In this document: one piece after another, positions 44,996 to 57,197 of the stretch
How positions within the stretch are numbered: position 1 is the first letter of the stretch
Layout: every line of letters begins with the position of its first letter
NCBI RefSeq assembly: GCF_009914755.1
Contig: NC_060928.1
Length of the DNA: 64,000 bases
Direction: 5' to 3' (one strand)
Source of the DNA: the human T2T-CHM13v2.0 reference genome, Homo sapiens
Program-made: the position numbers and the translations under genes
Notes under the pieces: model-generated
The model's database searches: none
Seen by the model: the letters and a program-made list of their open reading frames with translations, nothing else
What the model was told of the DNA's origin: nothing

Positions 44996-45872
44996 AAAAA
45001 TGGGAAGTCATCAGCATGTAGAGGTTTGTTGAGGCTATCATATTATGATAGTGTGTGGATGTGTAAATTATAAAAAGAAGTGTGCTGAGAATGAAATCTA
45101 ATGCCAAGATTTCATTTTCAGCACCCTCTTTTTATAATTCTTTTAAAAAATGGTTACAAGAAAGATATTCTTAGAGCAGATGGAAAAAAAAACTAGCAGG
45201 AAAACAGAAATAATCAGAAGGGGATAGAAACAAATGTAGGATACTTCCAAGAAACAGGAGATAGAACTAATATGAATTAGTTATTTATTGATTGCTTCAA
45301 GAAGGCTTCATGAAATTCTGGGAAATACATGAGTCAGTGATAAATAGATAAGTTTATTGTAGGTCAGGAATTGTGGGCTCTCAAAACTCTGTGGTTCCCC
45401 TCAGAGGGCTGTAAAAGTTAAAGCAATTTGATTGGTTTTATATTCAAGGAGAAATATTAAAGAGTTAACTAGTTAAAAATTAAGACAGAAAAACAGAAGA
45501 TAATTTATTTTCTACAAAATAAACAATTGTAGAAATCAATTCTTTGTATAATCAAAGGATAGCATGTCTGAAGGAAATGGACTGGGAAGAAGAATGTGTT
45601 TGACAGGGTATAGAAGTGGGGATGTGGAGTCCTGATAGCTGGACCATGAAGCATAGAACCTGAATCTATGACTTACCTTCTCTTGGGATTTCTCATTGAT
45701 TACTCACTAATTCTATCACTTTACTAACTACAAGGAGGTCTGTTTCTACTTTAAAATATGTTCAAATGTAGGTAAATGTCACTTGGAATATCCCAGAACA
45801 CAACCATACTGAGGAATACAGAGGATACTAGAGCTCTTAGTAATTTGGCTTTGAAGATGCTGCTACCTTTAG

Positions 45873-46242
<370 letters not shown>

Positions 46243-46765
46243 GCCAATTTTAATACTCACTGCCCAAGACAATTCCCATATCCCTGTGTCCCAAGTGTCT
46301 AGAATAATGCCTGAACTATATTAAGCAATCAAGAACTATTTGTTGAATGAATAAATGTATGAATGAATTAATTATATCCTAAGTTACATTTCAATATTTT
46401 AGAAAGATGCCATCTTATAGCATCAGCATACTTGTCTTTGTTTACCATATTATAGCTCTTGGGGTTTTAGATGTTAGGTCTATTTTCCTAAATTTCACCC
46501 TCTCTCCTTTTTTCCTCCCTAGTTAATTGTATGTCTCTCCTGTTATTGATATTGCCCTACATTTCCTTGTAAAATATTTTACAAAATTGTTCAGGCTTCC
46601 TGCATAATTCTGACTTGAAATATTGTGCTTAAAATTTTTCTATATTGCTTCTCAGTATCTTTTCTAAAATAGATCTATGTGATAATTATTTTTGGAGGGG
46701 GTATGCTTTTCACCATAACAAGGAATATGAAAATTTAAATGTGTTATAATTTTTTACCTCCACAG

Positions 46766-46877
46766 ATTGTTTTGCTTATTGGTGTTTAATTAAAAACCAA
46801 ACAACTTTTCCTATTAACTTGATGCTACTTATTAATTGAAATGAGGAGACTGACTCTGGATATTGGGAAAATTTATG
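46766..46877 (+). other. Candidate non-coding exon
   Basis: Acceptor TTTTTTACCTCCACAG| and donor ATG|GTAAGT; motif-only evidence. Confidence 0.3.
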
Positions 46878-47209
46878 GTAAGTCTTTACTATCTTTTCCC
46901 ATGGTTTGTGGATTATTTACTAGGGAACGTTTGTTACAGACTTGGGCTTCACATGGTTTTCCTTGAGTCTCACAAGTAGCTTCCTTTTGAATAGATTTAG
47001 ATTCCCTAAACATTTGGTAAATGTCTAGCACATGCCGAACATGTAGGTAGATGTTAGGAGCTTGTTTTAATCAATGAGGAAACAGATGTACAGTGACTCA
47101 GTGACTGTAATCCAGCAACTATCCAATAACTATGGTCCCACAGTCAGTGAGAGAGGTAGGGTTAAAGTCTATCTCTTGGGACTCAAGTCCAGTACTTTTT
47201 CCCATTATA

Positions 47210-47545
47210 TACTTGGTAAAAGCTCATATATATATATATATATGAGCATTTTTACTTGGTAAAAGCTCATGTGTATATATATATAAAATATATAATATAT
47301 ATATTATATATATATAATATATATAATATATATATTATATATTATATATATATAATATCTATTATATATATATAATATATATTATATATATATATAATAG
47401 ATATATGAGTATATATATATGAGTATATATATGAGTATATATATGAGAATATATATGAGTATATATATATATGAGTATATATATGAGTATATATATGAGA
47501 ATATATATGAGTATATATGAGAATATATATATATATATGAGAATG
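47210..47545. repeat. Compound AT-rich repeat: 18-bp duplication, 26-bp palindrome, (TA)n and 11 (AT)nGAG units
   Basis: Direct reading. Confidence 0.9.
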
Positions 47546-47618
47546 TTCACTTTCTTCTGGGGTCCTCATAGCTTAAACGATAATTCATGGTTTTTATTTT
47601 GTGTTCCTTTTCTCTTAG

Positions 47619-47743
47619 TCTGGAATAGCAAATTGACCTCAAAAGATATATTTTGATCAGGATGAATTCCAAAGCTGAAATTAGTTGTTCTCTGAGTTCA
47701 GAGTTTTAGATTAAACATCTCTCTCTTGATATATATATCTATG
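47619..47743 (+). other. Candidate non-coding exon
   Basis: Acceptor TTCCTTTTCTCTTAG| and donor ATG|GTAAGT; motif-only evidence. Confidence 0.25.
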
Positions 47744-48041
47744 GTAAGTTATTTAAAATTATTCTTAATATTTGGAATAAGAGTTAAACTTAAGAAAAGT
47801 AAGTCCAGTAGTATTTGAAGTAAGCTTTAAATTGGACTTTGGTTATTTAAAAATGTTTTAATCATTAAACTATGGACCGAAATAAAGTATTCATGATGGA
47901 CATAATATTAGACTATCAAAAGTCAGGAAACATGGCCTTGATGACAAACTTAAGAGAAGCAGCGGAGGGTTTGCTGCTACTGAAGATTTTACATTTAAAA
48001 AAAAAAGAAAATAGACTGTGTAGTATTTGAATGAATTCCTA

Positions 48042-48475
<434 letters not shown>

Positions 48476-48545
48476 AATGTATTTGCTAACTTGCTATAAA
48501 TATAAAATGATACTTCTTTTTTAGATTGTAAAAAATCAAGTGAAA

Positions 48546-49162
48546 CTAACTTTGTGCTCTTTGATCATCATTTCCGTTTTCTCTGTTCTTCCCACCTGCC
48601 TCCCCAGACCCTAGTAATCACCATTCCACTCTCTACTTCTATGAGTTTGACTAAGATTCCACATGTAAGTGACATCATATGGTTATATATATACATATAT
48701 ATATATATATAAAAATATATATAACGTTTTCTTTTTCCATTCATCCATTGACACTCAGGTTTATTCCGTATCTTGACCCTCGTAAATAAAGCTGCAATGA
48801 CCATGGGAGTGCAGATATCTCTTCAACATACTGATTTCAGTTCCTTTAGATATATACCAAGAAGTGGGATTGCTGGATCATATTAGATGATCCACTGCAC
48901 AGCATGCAATAGTAATCTGCACAGCATGGTCACTACATAGTTAATAATAACGTATTATGTATTTCAAATTATTAAAAGAGTAAATTTTAAATGTTCTCAC
49001 CATAAAAAATAAGTATGTGTTGAATATGGGATATGTTAATTACCGTGATTTAATCATTCCACACTGTGTACATGTATCAAAACATCACATTGTACCCCAT
49101 AAATATATATATAATTATTTTGTCAGTTAAAAATAAAATACAAGTAAAATCACTTTAAAATA
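48546..49162 (+). mobile_element. L1MA8/9-like 3' end with 5' inversion (48546-48882 inverted)
   Basis: Antisense block followed by sense 3' terminus and A-tail; TSD AAAAAATCAA(G/T)TGAAA at 48530-48545 and 49163-49178. Confidence 0.85.
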
Positions 49163-49731
49163 AAAAAATCAATTGAAAGCATTTCTAAGCATTTGAACAT
49201 GTAATTGTTGAGAAAACACACAATGATTTCACTAATTCCAGCTGATCATTTTTCCGCTGAGAGATAATATATTAAGGGAGTTTAGAAATACATTTTCAGA
49301 ATTCTATCTATCTACCTATCTCTATCTGTCTGTATATCCATCCATCACATTTTGAAATCTTTTTTAAAGTAAAAAATGTAATAAAATGTCTCTTGTGTAG
49401 CAAATCAGCAAATTAAATTGATATAAAATTCTCTCACATATGCTTGACTTAATGTAATAATAAATATCATAACATATAGCTTAAAACTTATCTTTCATCC
49501 CTTTCCCTTTCCTCTTTCTCCACAGGTGACCATTATTCTGAGTGTTTTAAAAGCATTATTTTTCTATTGAAGAAATGAAAATAGCAGTCATTCAAAATCC
49601 TATTGTGCTATCTTTTGATCATCATAATAAGCAAACGCAAATAATTCTCCCTTGGTGATCCAATTAAATGATTTTAAAATATCAGTGTCAAAGCTGTTCC
49701 TTCTAAAATTTAAGGCAAATCTAATAGATTC

Positions 49732-50050
49732 TAAACATAGATTACAAACTCAAACGCCCTCAGGTGCCAGGCAGGAGAGATTAGAGAGCCGCCTGTCAGA
49801 ATGGAGACGCTAGATTTAGTTTATCCCCAATTTGTAAAAGACAGACGCTGGTTGTCTTTTCAGAATGACAAGAAATCAATAGACAATATTATCAAGTGGT
49901 CAGAATCTTGAAAGAAGGCAGAAATTTAGGTATATTTATTTCTAATTTCTAAATGTTGACAAAGATTTAAAATTTTAAAAGTACCTTGTATTTTAAATTA
50001 ACCCTGTTGGAAGTCCAGCGTCAGCTGTTGGACTGCTACTTTGCAATTAC
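49732..50050. mobile_element. MER102-like hAT-Charlie remnant
   Basis: CAAACTCAAACGCCCTCAGGTGCCAGGCAGG start motif. Confidence 0.5.
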
Positions 50051-52154
50051 GGCAAAGTGGGACAGCTACAACCATCTTTCTGGTTGAGTGCACTATCCTC
50101 TTTCCCTTTCCGAATTCACTTATTTATTAAACTACATTTGCTGCTCAAGTCTGGGCTTCCTGGATGTAAAAAGTTCTCCGTGATCTGGCATCACTCTGCC
50201 ATCCTGCCTTCAACCCTGCTGCTCCCATCAGAGTGGCTTCCTTGCAGTCATCTGACATATTCAACATTGTTTTGCCTTCACTGCTGAGCTCATGAAGTTG
50301 GTCTATGAATGTGTCATATAGTAGAAAGAAACTGGATTTGGACAAAATTCTATGCTGATAAAAAGGATGATGAGGCCAATGCTGTGGATGTATTTATATA
50401 TCTGCTGAATCTGTCATTTAGGAATTAGTAAATAGTTGCTGAATCCTTTGTTTTAAATATCGCGTACTTGAAAACGATAAATAATTTTTCAACCTTTGGT
50501 TCTTCAGATTGAAAAATTTCAGCTCACAGAATCTTTCCCAAGATAGAGAATTTCTAAACCTGTAATTATTTTTGTAACTTGCCTGTAAACTCTCTTTACA
50601 TTTTTTATTCTTTTTGTTTCAAGTCTACAATATTTCTCGTTGTTTAGAATGAAGTTGATAATATTTTAATATAAAGCAGAGTTTCTGCATTCATTAGTAT
50701 GTTCTGATTCGTTGTTTATAGTGATTGTTTTAACCATCTCTGAATCTGAGTTTTTGATTTGCAATGATTTTGTGAATTATTGTGACATGTTGGCAGCTGT
50801 ATTAAACCATCGTATTGAAGAGATATTAAGTAATTATTAGTCCATATTCCCATTTTAAAGCGTTAAAATAATATAAATGGCATACATTCTTCTTAATATC
50901 CTGGAATACTGAAATGCTTTCAACCAAACATATAAGAATTTTAGAAAGCTAGACTCTGACATGAGCAATAAAACGCACTAGGTTACTCAGAATAGAGATT
51001 CACTTAGTTTAAAAGTAGTTTTTATTGCTACATAATATTGTGAAGCAAACTATTCATCAGTAGCCTCAAGCATGTACTACCTGCATGAAATACAGGGACA
51101 TCTGAAAGACTGGAGGAATAGGTTGGATTTCTTAGCCTCTTTTGTGGTTTCCTTATACTTTTTTCTGATCTTCCCATTAATAATCCATAACACCTAGCAC
51201 TGGCTATCAAATATACTGAAAAAGCTTGTTGAATAAATGAATCAGTGAAGAAATTTGTGATATCCTTTCAACAAATTCTTTTTTCTCTCTCCTATCTGTC
51301 AATTCCCATTGTATACATAATGAATATCTACACATGTTACTAATGAATGGAATGCTATGTTCTTCCTTTAAATGAACACATGCTCCAATTCCTTAGTCTA
51401 TTAAGATGCTTGATAGAATGTGGCTTCTCTGATCTGAATTTTTGTGGAAAGATGTATTAGCTAGATATCCAAAACATGACATGTTTTGAAGAGTGTGCTC
51501 AAAGTGAAGAAATGTTTCAAATTCCCAAAGCACAACTTGAAGTATTGTTGTAATTGTGACTTGTTGGCAGAGGAAGGCAGGAGGAACAGTAGTTTGGCAC
51601 CCAGAAAATAGAAATGCAGTGGACCATTTTCAGCTGGAAAGTCAAGGGAAGGTTGGAAATCAAAGTGATCAAGTGGGTGAACTTAGAGCAAAATTTTAGG
51701 AGCATAAGGCTGAGAAGCAAAACATCTGATTTTGTATCTCTTTTATCACTTGCTATGGGAAAACTTCAGTTTTACATTTTTAATCAATGTGGTAGTACTA
51801 ATAGTACCTACTACCTAATAGTACCTAATGGTATGCTTTTTGTGAGGATTAAAGAGGCACATTATAAAGTAAATAATACAGTACCTGGTACATACTAAGG
51901 ATAATAATACTGTTTTTATTGTTATAGAAGCTATAAATCAGAGAATTGTCACATTCTAAGATGTGTAAGTCCTTTCTGGGGAACTGACACACACAGAGCA
52001 AAATCATTAGAAGCATCTTTGTATATAATGCTGTCAAATGAATATGTTTTTGATTATAGCTTTCAAGATAACATAGCTATTAAGCCTTAGATAAATTATT
52101 ATTTACGTTTTTTTCTCCCTTTACCTACTCCCTGCCTCATTTTCTCCATTCTTA

Positions 52155-52282
52155 CTTCCTTCTTTCTTTTCCTTCCTTCCTTCCTTCCCTCCCTCCCTTC
52201 CCTCCTTCCGCCTTCTCCTCTTCCCCTCTTCCTTCCTTCCTTTCTTCCTTCCTTCCTTCATTCCTCCCTTCCTTCCTTCCCA
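52155..52282. repeat. (TTCC)n/CT-rich polypyrimidine tract
   Basis: Direct reading. Confidence 0.9.
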
Positions 52283-52429
52283 CCAGTATTTACCACCTCA
52301 CAACTATATTCTAGAGTATCCTGGGCACTGGGAATACTATAAATATATTTATTAACATATCTCTTTCTATAGCTGTATATCTAAGTATTTATGTAGTTAT
52401 CTGTATTATTTAACTACCTAGCTATGTAT

Positions 52430-52816
52430 CTATCTACTTTTCTCCAGCTTGGGCTGTATAACAAAATATCATCGACTAGGTGGCTTAAAGAACAACAACA
52501 ACAAAAATTTCACCCAGTTCTAGAGGCTGGAAATCTAATATCAGGGTCCCAGCATGGTCAGGCTTTTTTTGAGGGCCCTCTTCCTGGCTTGAAGTTGGCT
52601 ACCTTCTTGCACTGTATTCTCACATGACGGAGAGAGTAAGCTCTGATGTCTCTTCCGCATCTTATAAGAACACTAATCCCATTATTGGGGCCCTACCCTC
52701 ATGACCTCATCTACACCTAATTACCTCCTAAAGACCCCACTTCCTAATATACTGGGAGTTAGGGCTTCAACATTTCAACATGTGAATTTCAGGGGAACAC
52801 AACTCAGTTCGCAATA
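52430..52816 (-). mobile_element. MLT1A-type LTR
   Basis: CTAGGTGGCTTAAA...TCTAGAGGCTGGAAATC...CCCTCATGACCTCATCTA...GTTAGGGCTTCAACAT. Confidence 0.85.
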
Positions 52817-53666
52817 CTATGTCAATATATTTATGAAAAGGGGGTGGCTAATTCTAATTGAGTCATTGAAATTCTCATAAAAGAAAAATGTTTAAACTCA
52901 GCCTTGAGTATGTTCTCCAGGTGGTTAGATAGAACGGGGAGTAGAGAAAGAGAAAAAGGGTAGAAGATGTGGAATTACAAAAGGGACAGAGATGGGAACT
53001 AACACAGTGGTATTTATTGGCATGGTTAGAAGAAAATAGCTTCACTAAAGAATCTGGACATTGCCGTGATGATCACTGTGTCTTCAGTGACTGAGTGACA
53101 TGATCAGGGTCACCTTCTGGCAGCAGCATGGAGAATGGATTAGAGATGGCATGAAGATTTTAGGAGACTACTCTGATAGTTCTAACGAAATACACTGTGG
53201 GCAGAAGTAGTTTGGATGAAGAAGAGAGTAAATAAAAAATGACAAGATTTTATCTCCCATAAACCTACAAGAATTATATACAGTCATATACTGCATATAA
53301 TATATACATAATGTATAAAGATGCTTTGGTCAAAGACAGACTGCATGTGTGACAGTGGTACCGTAATATTATAGTGGAGCTGAAAAATTCCTGTTGCCTG
53401 ATGACGTTGTAGCCATGGTAACGTCCTAACACAAAGCATTACTCATGTGTTTGTGATGATGCTGGTGTAAACAAGCCTACTGCACTGCCAGTTGTATGAA
53501 AGTATAGCATATACAATTATGTACAGTACATAATATGTGATAATAATAAAAAACAAGTATGTTAATGGTTTATGTATTTACTAAACTATAATTTTTAATT
53601 GTTGCTTTATAATGCACTTACTCCTACTTATTTTTAAAAAAGCTAACTTTAAAACAAACTCAGGCA

Positions 53667-53817
53667 GGCCAGGAGTGGTGGCTCATGCCTGTCATCCCAG
53701 CACTTTGGGAAGCTGAGGCAAGTGGATCACCTGAGGTCAAGAGTTCAAGACCAGCCTGGCCAACATGGTGAAACCCCATCTCTAAAAAAAAATAAATAAA
53801 TAAAAACACACACACAC
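53667..53817 (+). mobile_element. AluS left monomer only, with A/AC tail
   Basis: GGATCACCTGAGGTCAAGAGTTCAAGACCAGCCTGGCCAACATGG then tail; degenerate TSD AAAACAAACTCAGGCA / AAAGCAGTCTCAGGGA. Confidence 0.85.
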
Positions 53818-53975
53818 AAAGCAGTCTCAGGGATGTACTTCAAGAGATATCCAGAAAAAGACATTGTTATCATATAAGAGAACAATGTTATTGCCCCTGA
53901 AGACCATACAGTGGGACAAGATATGGAGATGGAAGACAGTGATATTGATGATTCCGGCCTTGAGTAGGCCTAGTC

Positions 53976-53977
<2 letters not shown>

Positions 53978-54010
<33 letters not shown>

Positions 54011-54312
54011 CGTGCGTGTGTGTTTTGAGACAAGGTTTTGTACTGTCGCCCAGGCTGGAGTGCAGTGGCATGATCTAGGCTCACTGCAACCTCCCTCTCC
54101 TGGGCTCAGGCAATCCTCCCATCTAAGCCTCCTATGTACCTGGGGCTGCAGGCACACACACCACCACTCCTGGCTAATTTTTTTTTTTTTTTGAGTTGGG
54201 GTTTCGCCATGTTGCCCAGGCTGGTCTTCAACTCCTGGGCTCAAGTGATCTGCCCACCTCAACCTCCCAAAGTTCTGGGATTACAGGCATGAACCACCAT
54301 GCCTGCCTGGCC
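53978..54312 (-). mobile_element. AluJ with adjacent (TG)n microsatellite (53978-54022)
   Basis: CCTGGGCTCAGGCAATCCTCCC / CTCCTGGGCTCAAGTGATCTG AluJ diagnostics. Confidence 0.9.
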
Positions 54313-54610
54313 TAATGTCTGTGCTTATGTCTAGTTTTCAACAAGAAAGTTTAAAAATTAAAAAAATAAATACATAAATAAAATATAGAATAGAATAAGA
54401 GTGCAAAGAAAGAATAACTTTGTACAGCTATACAACGTGTTTGCGTTCTAAGTGTTATTACAAAAGAGTCAAAAAGTTAAAAAAATTAAAATGTTTATAA
54501 AGTACAAAAGTTATTGCAAGCTAAGGTTATTTTATTATGGAAGAAATAATTTTTTTAAAAAATGAATTCGGTGTAGCTTGCATGTACAGCGTTTATAAAG
54601 TCTGTAGTAG

Positions 54611-55127
54611 TGTTACCAAGCAAAAGGGGCTTGCTGCCTGATGCACTAGAGGCCAATAGTATGACACCGAGTTTTTTAGAAAAGAAAAGCTTTTTATTGC
54701 AGGTTGACTAACAGAGGAGACAGGAGTCCAGTTCAAATGTGTCTCCCTGTGCTGACTTTAAGATAGTACTTTTATTAGAAAAGGTTTAAGGGATGAATTC
54801 TGGGATTGGTAGATTGGTGGAAAGAAAGAGGAGGTCTGAAAAGTCCTCAGGAATGCAGTTATCTTTCATGCTACGTCATGGGTCACAAGTGCAAATTCAG
54901 GGGGAGTTAGGATTTAACATGTGGTGGAAACTCAGGCTATAATGTTAGCAAGTTTGTTCTGCACACACTGCTGTCAGCCATATTGGTTCCCATCCATTTC
55001 AGCTAGTTTTGTTATCTTACAAGTGAAGGGAGTTTCAGCAGTTCAGCAAGTTGTTTCTTTTCTTATCTGCCATCTTTCAAACTTGAAAATTTCTGTTAGC
55101 TATTTAACTCCTTGGGACACGGTTTCA
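54611..55127 (-). mobile_element. ERV1 solo LTR (MER67-like)
   Basis: TG...CA termini, 4-bp TSD GTAG, antisense AATAAA and CCAAT motifs; rc starts TGAAACCGTGTCCCAAGGAGTTAA. Confidence 0.75.
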
Positions 55128-55939
55128 GTAGTAGACGATAATGTCCTAGGTCTTCACATTCCCTGATCACTTACTCACCACAGAGCAATTTCCAGTCCTG
55201 CAAGCTGCATTCATGGTTAAGTGCCCTGTACAGGTGTATCCTTTTTTGTCTTTGATATTTTCTTACTGTGCCTTTTCTATGTTTAGATATGTTGAGATAC
55301 ACAAATATTTACCATTGTGTTAACAATTACCTGCAGTACTCAGTATGGTAATATGCTGTATAGGATTGTAGCCTAGGATCAATAGGGTATACCATATAGC
55401 CTAGCTGTCTTGTAGGTTATACCATCTAAGCTTGTGTAAGTATATTCCACGATTGCACAACAACAAAATAACCTAATGACACTTTTCTCAGGATACATCC
55501 CCAATGTCAAGTGGCACATGATTCTGTGGTTTTTCAGGCTGTGTTTGCCAGTGGGATGCCAAGAGATGATTTCTGGGGGCATATGCTTACCTCTTTTTGG
55601 CTTGGAGGTTATTCATGATCTCTGCCTTGCCTCCTCCAAATGGTGCTGAGTACCTCCTTTCCACACTGTTGTTCCAATAAGTGTCACCAGTGCTGCTGGG
55701 ATCTCATTTCTGACTTTAGCTGCTCTTGCTCCTTCCTTGGTTTCATTTTTGTAGCTATTTCTGCTGGTTCTAGTCCAACACCATGGTCACGGTCACTGCT
55801 TTTGCTGGTTCCACTGCCATCATGATCATGGGCAGACCCAGGATTTTTCAGGATTGCTATCTCTATCATGTTTGAAGGCTCCTGCCAGTCTGCAGCTGCT
55901 ATTGTAGCATGCTTTGCTCTTGTTTTACTATGAGCATGA

Positions 55940-56190
55940 AGTGTAGCTTGTGATGGTATGGCTTTCAAGCATTAAAGTTAAGATTTCATTCTTAACTCTG
56001 CCACTTACTAATTTTGTGACATTTTGGTTAAGTTACTCAAATTCTTTGAGTCTTAGTTTGTTTATCTTTAACATTAGGATAATGCTACCTACCATGAAGT
56101 GTTGTTCTATGGATTCAATGACTTCGTGTAATTAAAACACCTCACATACTGGTTCCACACCATGCAGCCTAAAGTAACTACTTATTATTG
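55940..56190 (+). mobile_element. MIR
   Basis: CTCTGCCACTTACTAATTTTGTGACATTTTGGTTAAGTTACTC. Confidence 0.7.
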
Positions 56191-56934
56191 TCACCTTAAG
56201 CCCCATCATGAGCCCACCTGAGTCCCATTGCCACTTTCGCTCTCTTGTACTTCCCAAAGCTTATTGCCATCTTGCTTCTCAAAAACTCTTATGGATAACA
56301 GGTTAAAAAGATCATTTACATAACTACAAGTAGAATATATGGAACATAACAGTTGCTTGATACATGCTAACTTCTTTCCCATCCCTGTTCTTGCAAACTC
56401 CCATTGGGTTATTTTTCCTTAGGGACATTTTCCACAGTTTCCTTTCTTTGGTGCTATAATCCATCTATGTGCATTATTTTGTGGAAGCCTAAATCTTAGT
56501 GTACAAATTTACCTGACCATCTAACTCAAATGACCAAATAGCCCAGGAGAGAGAGGGACACAGGCCAGAAGAAGCAGAATTGGAGAAATTAAATGGGTTA
56601 TATCTGCTGAAACTTGAAGCAATTAAAAAAATGTCCATTATACTATCCAAAGAGAGTAACACACTCAACTATGGTCTGGACATTTGTTTCAAGCAATAAA
56701 GTTAATATGCTGATTCTAGCCATAAGAAAAGTGCAGTAATGGCTGATGCTTTAAATAAAGCATTAAAGTTTTGAAGCAATATTATACTCACAGTAAAACT
56801 CTAACTTGCGACAGCCAGCAAAGGAGCTTCATAGGGCATATTCCTCCCCATCTCAGGTGAATGACACTTGTTGAGAGGATATATGGCTTCTGACACCCAA
56901 ATAGGCAAGAGTTCAGAGAAAAGTTCCATTTCTA

Positions 56935-57197
56935 ATGAAGCATAGAGTAATGGTTAGAAGTATAGTCCCCCAGACCACATTCTCTTCCAGCTATACTGCT
57001 TAGTAACTCTGTGACTTTGGGCAACTTATTTAACCTCTTGGTGCCCCATGTCCCCATCTGTAAGATGGGGGATGATAATGACAACTACTTCATAGGTTGT
57101 TGTGATAATTTAATAGGTAAAGAAATGTAAAGTTCTACAAAAAATGCCTGGCATATAGTTGACATTGAACAAATATTAGCTATGTTATTATTATTAC
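56935..57197 (+). mobile_element. MIR, near full length
   Basis: TGTGACTTTGGGCAACTTATTTAACCTCT...CATCTGTAAGATGGGG...TGCCTGGCATATAGT. Confidence 0.88.

Larger units (their letters stand above)
53281..55525. mobile_element. Tigger3b (MER7/Golem-type) DNA transposon split by two Alus and one LTR
   Basis: CAGTCAT... terminus, GGAGCTGAAAAATTCCT, CCCCTGAAGACC, GTATACCATATAGCCTAG, terminal AAGTGGCACATGA. Confidence 0.88.

Noticed and set aside
47342-47656. Y/I/H-rich ORFs
   Set aside because: Translation of the AT-rich tandem array
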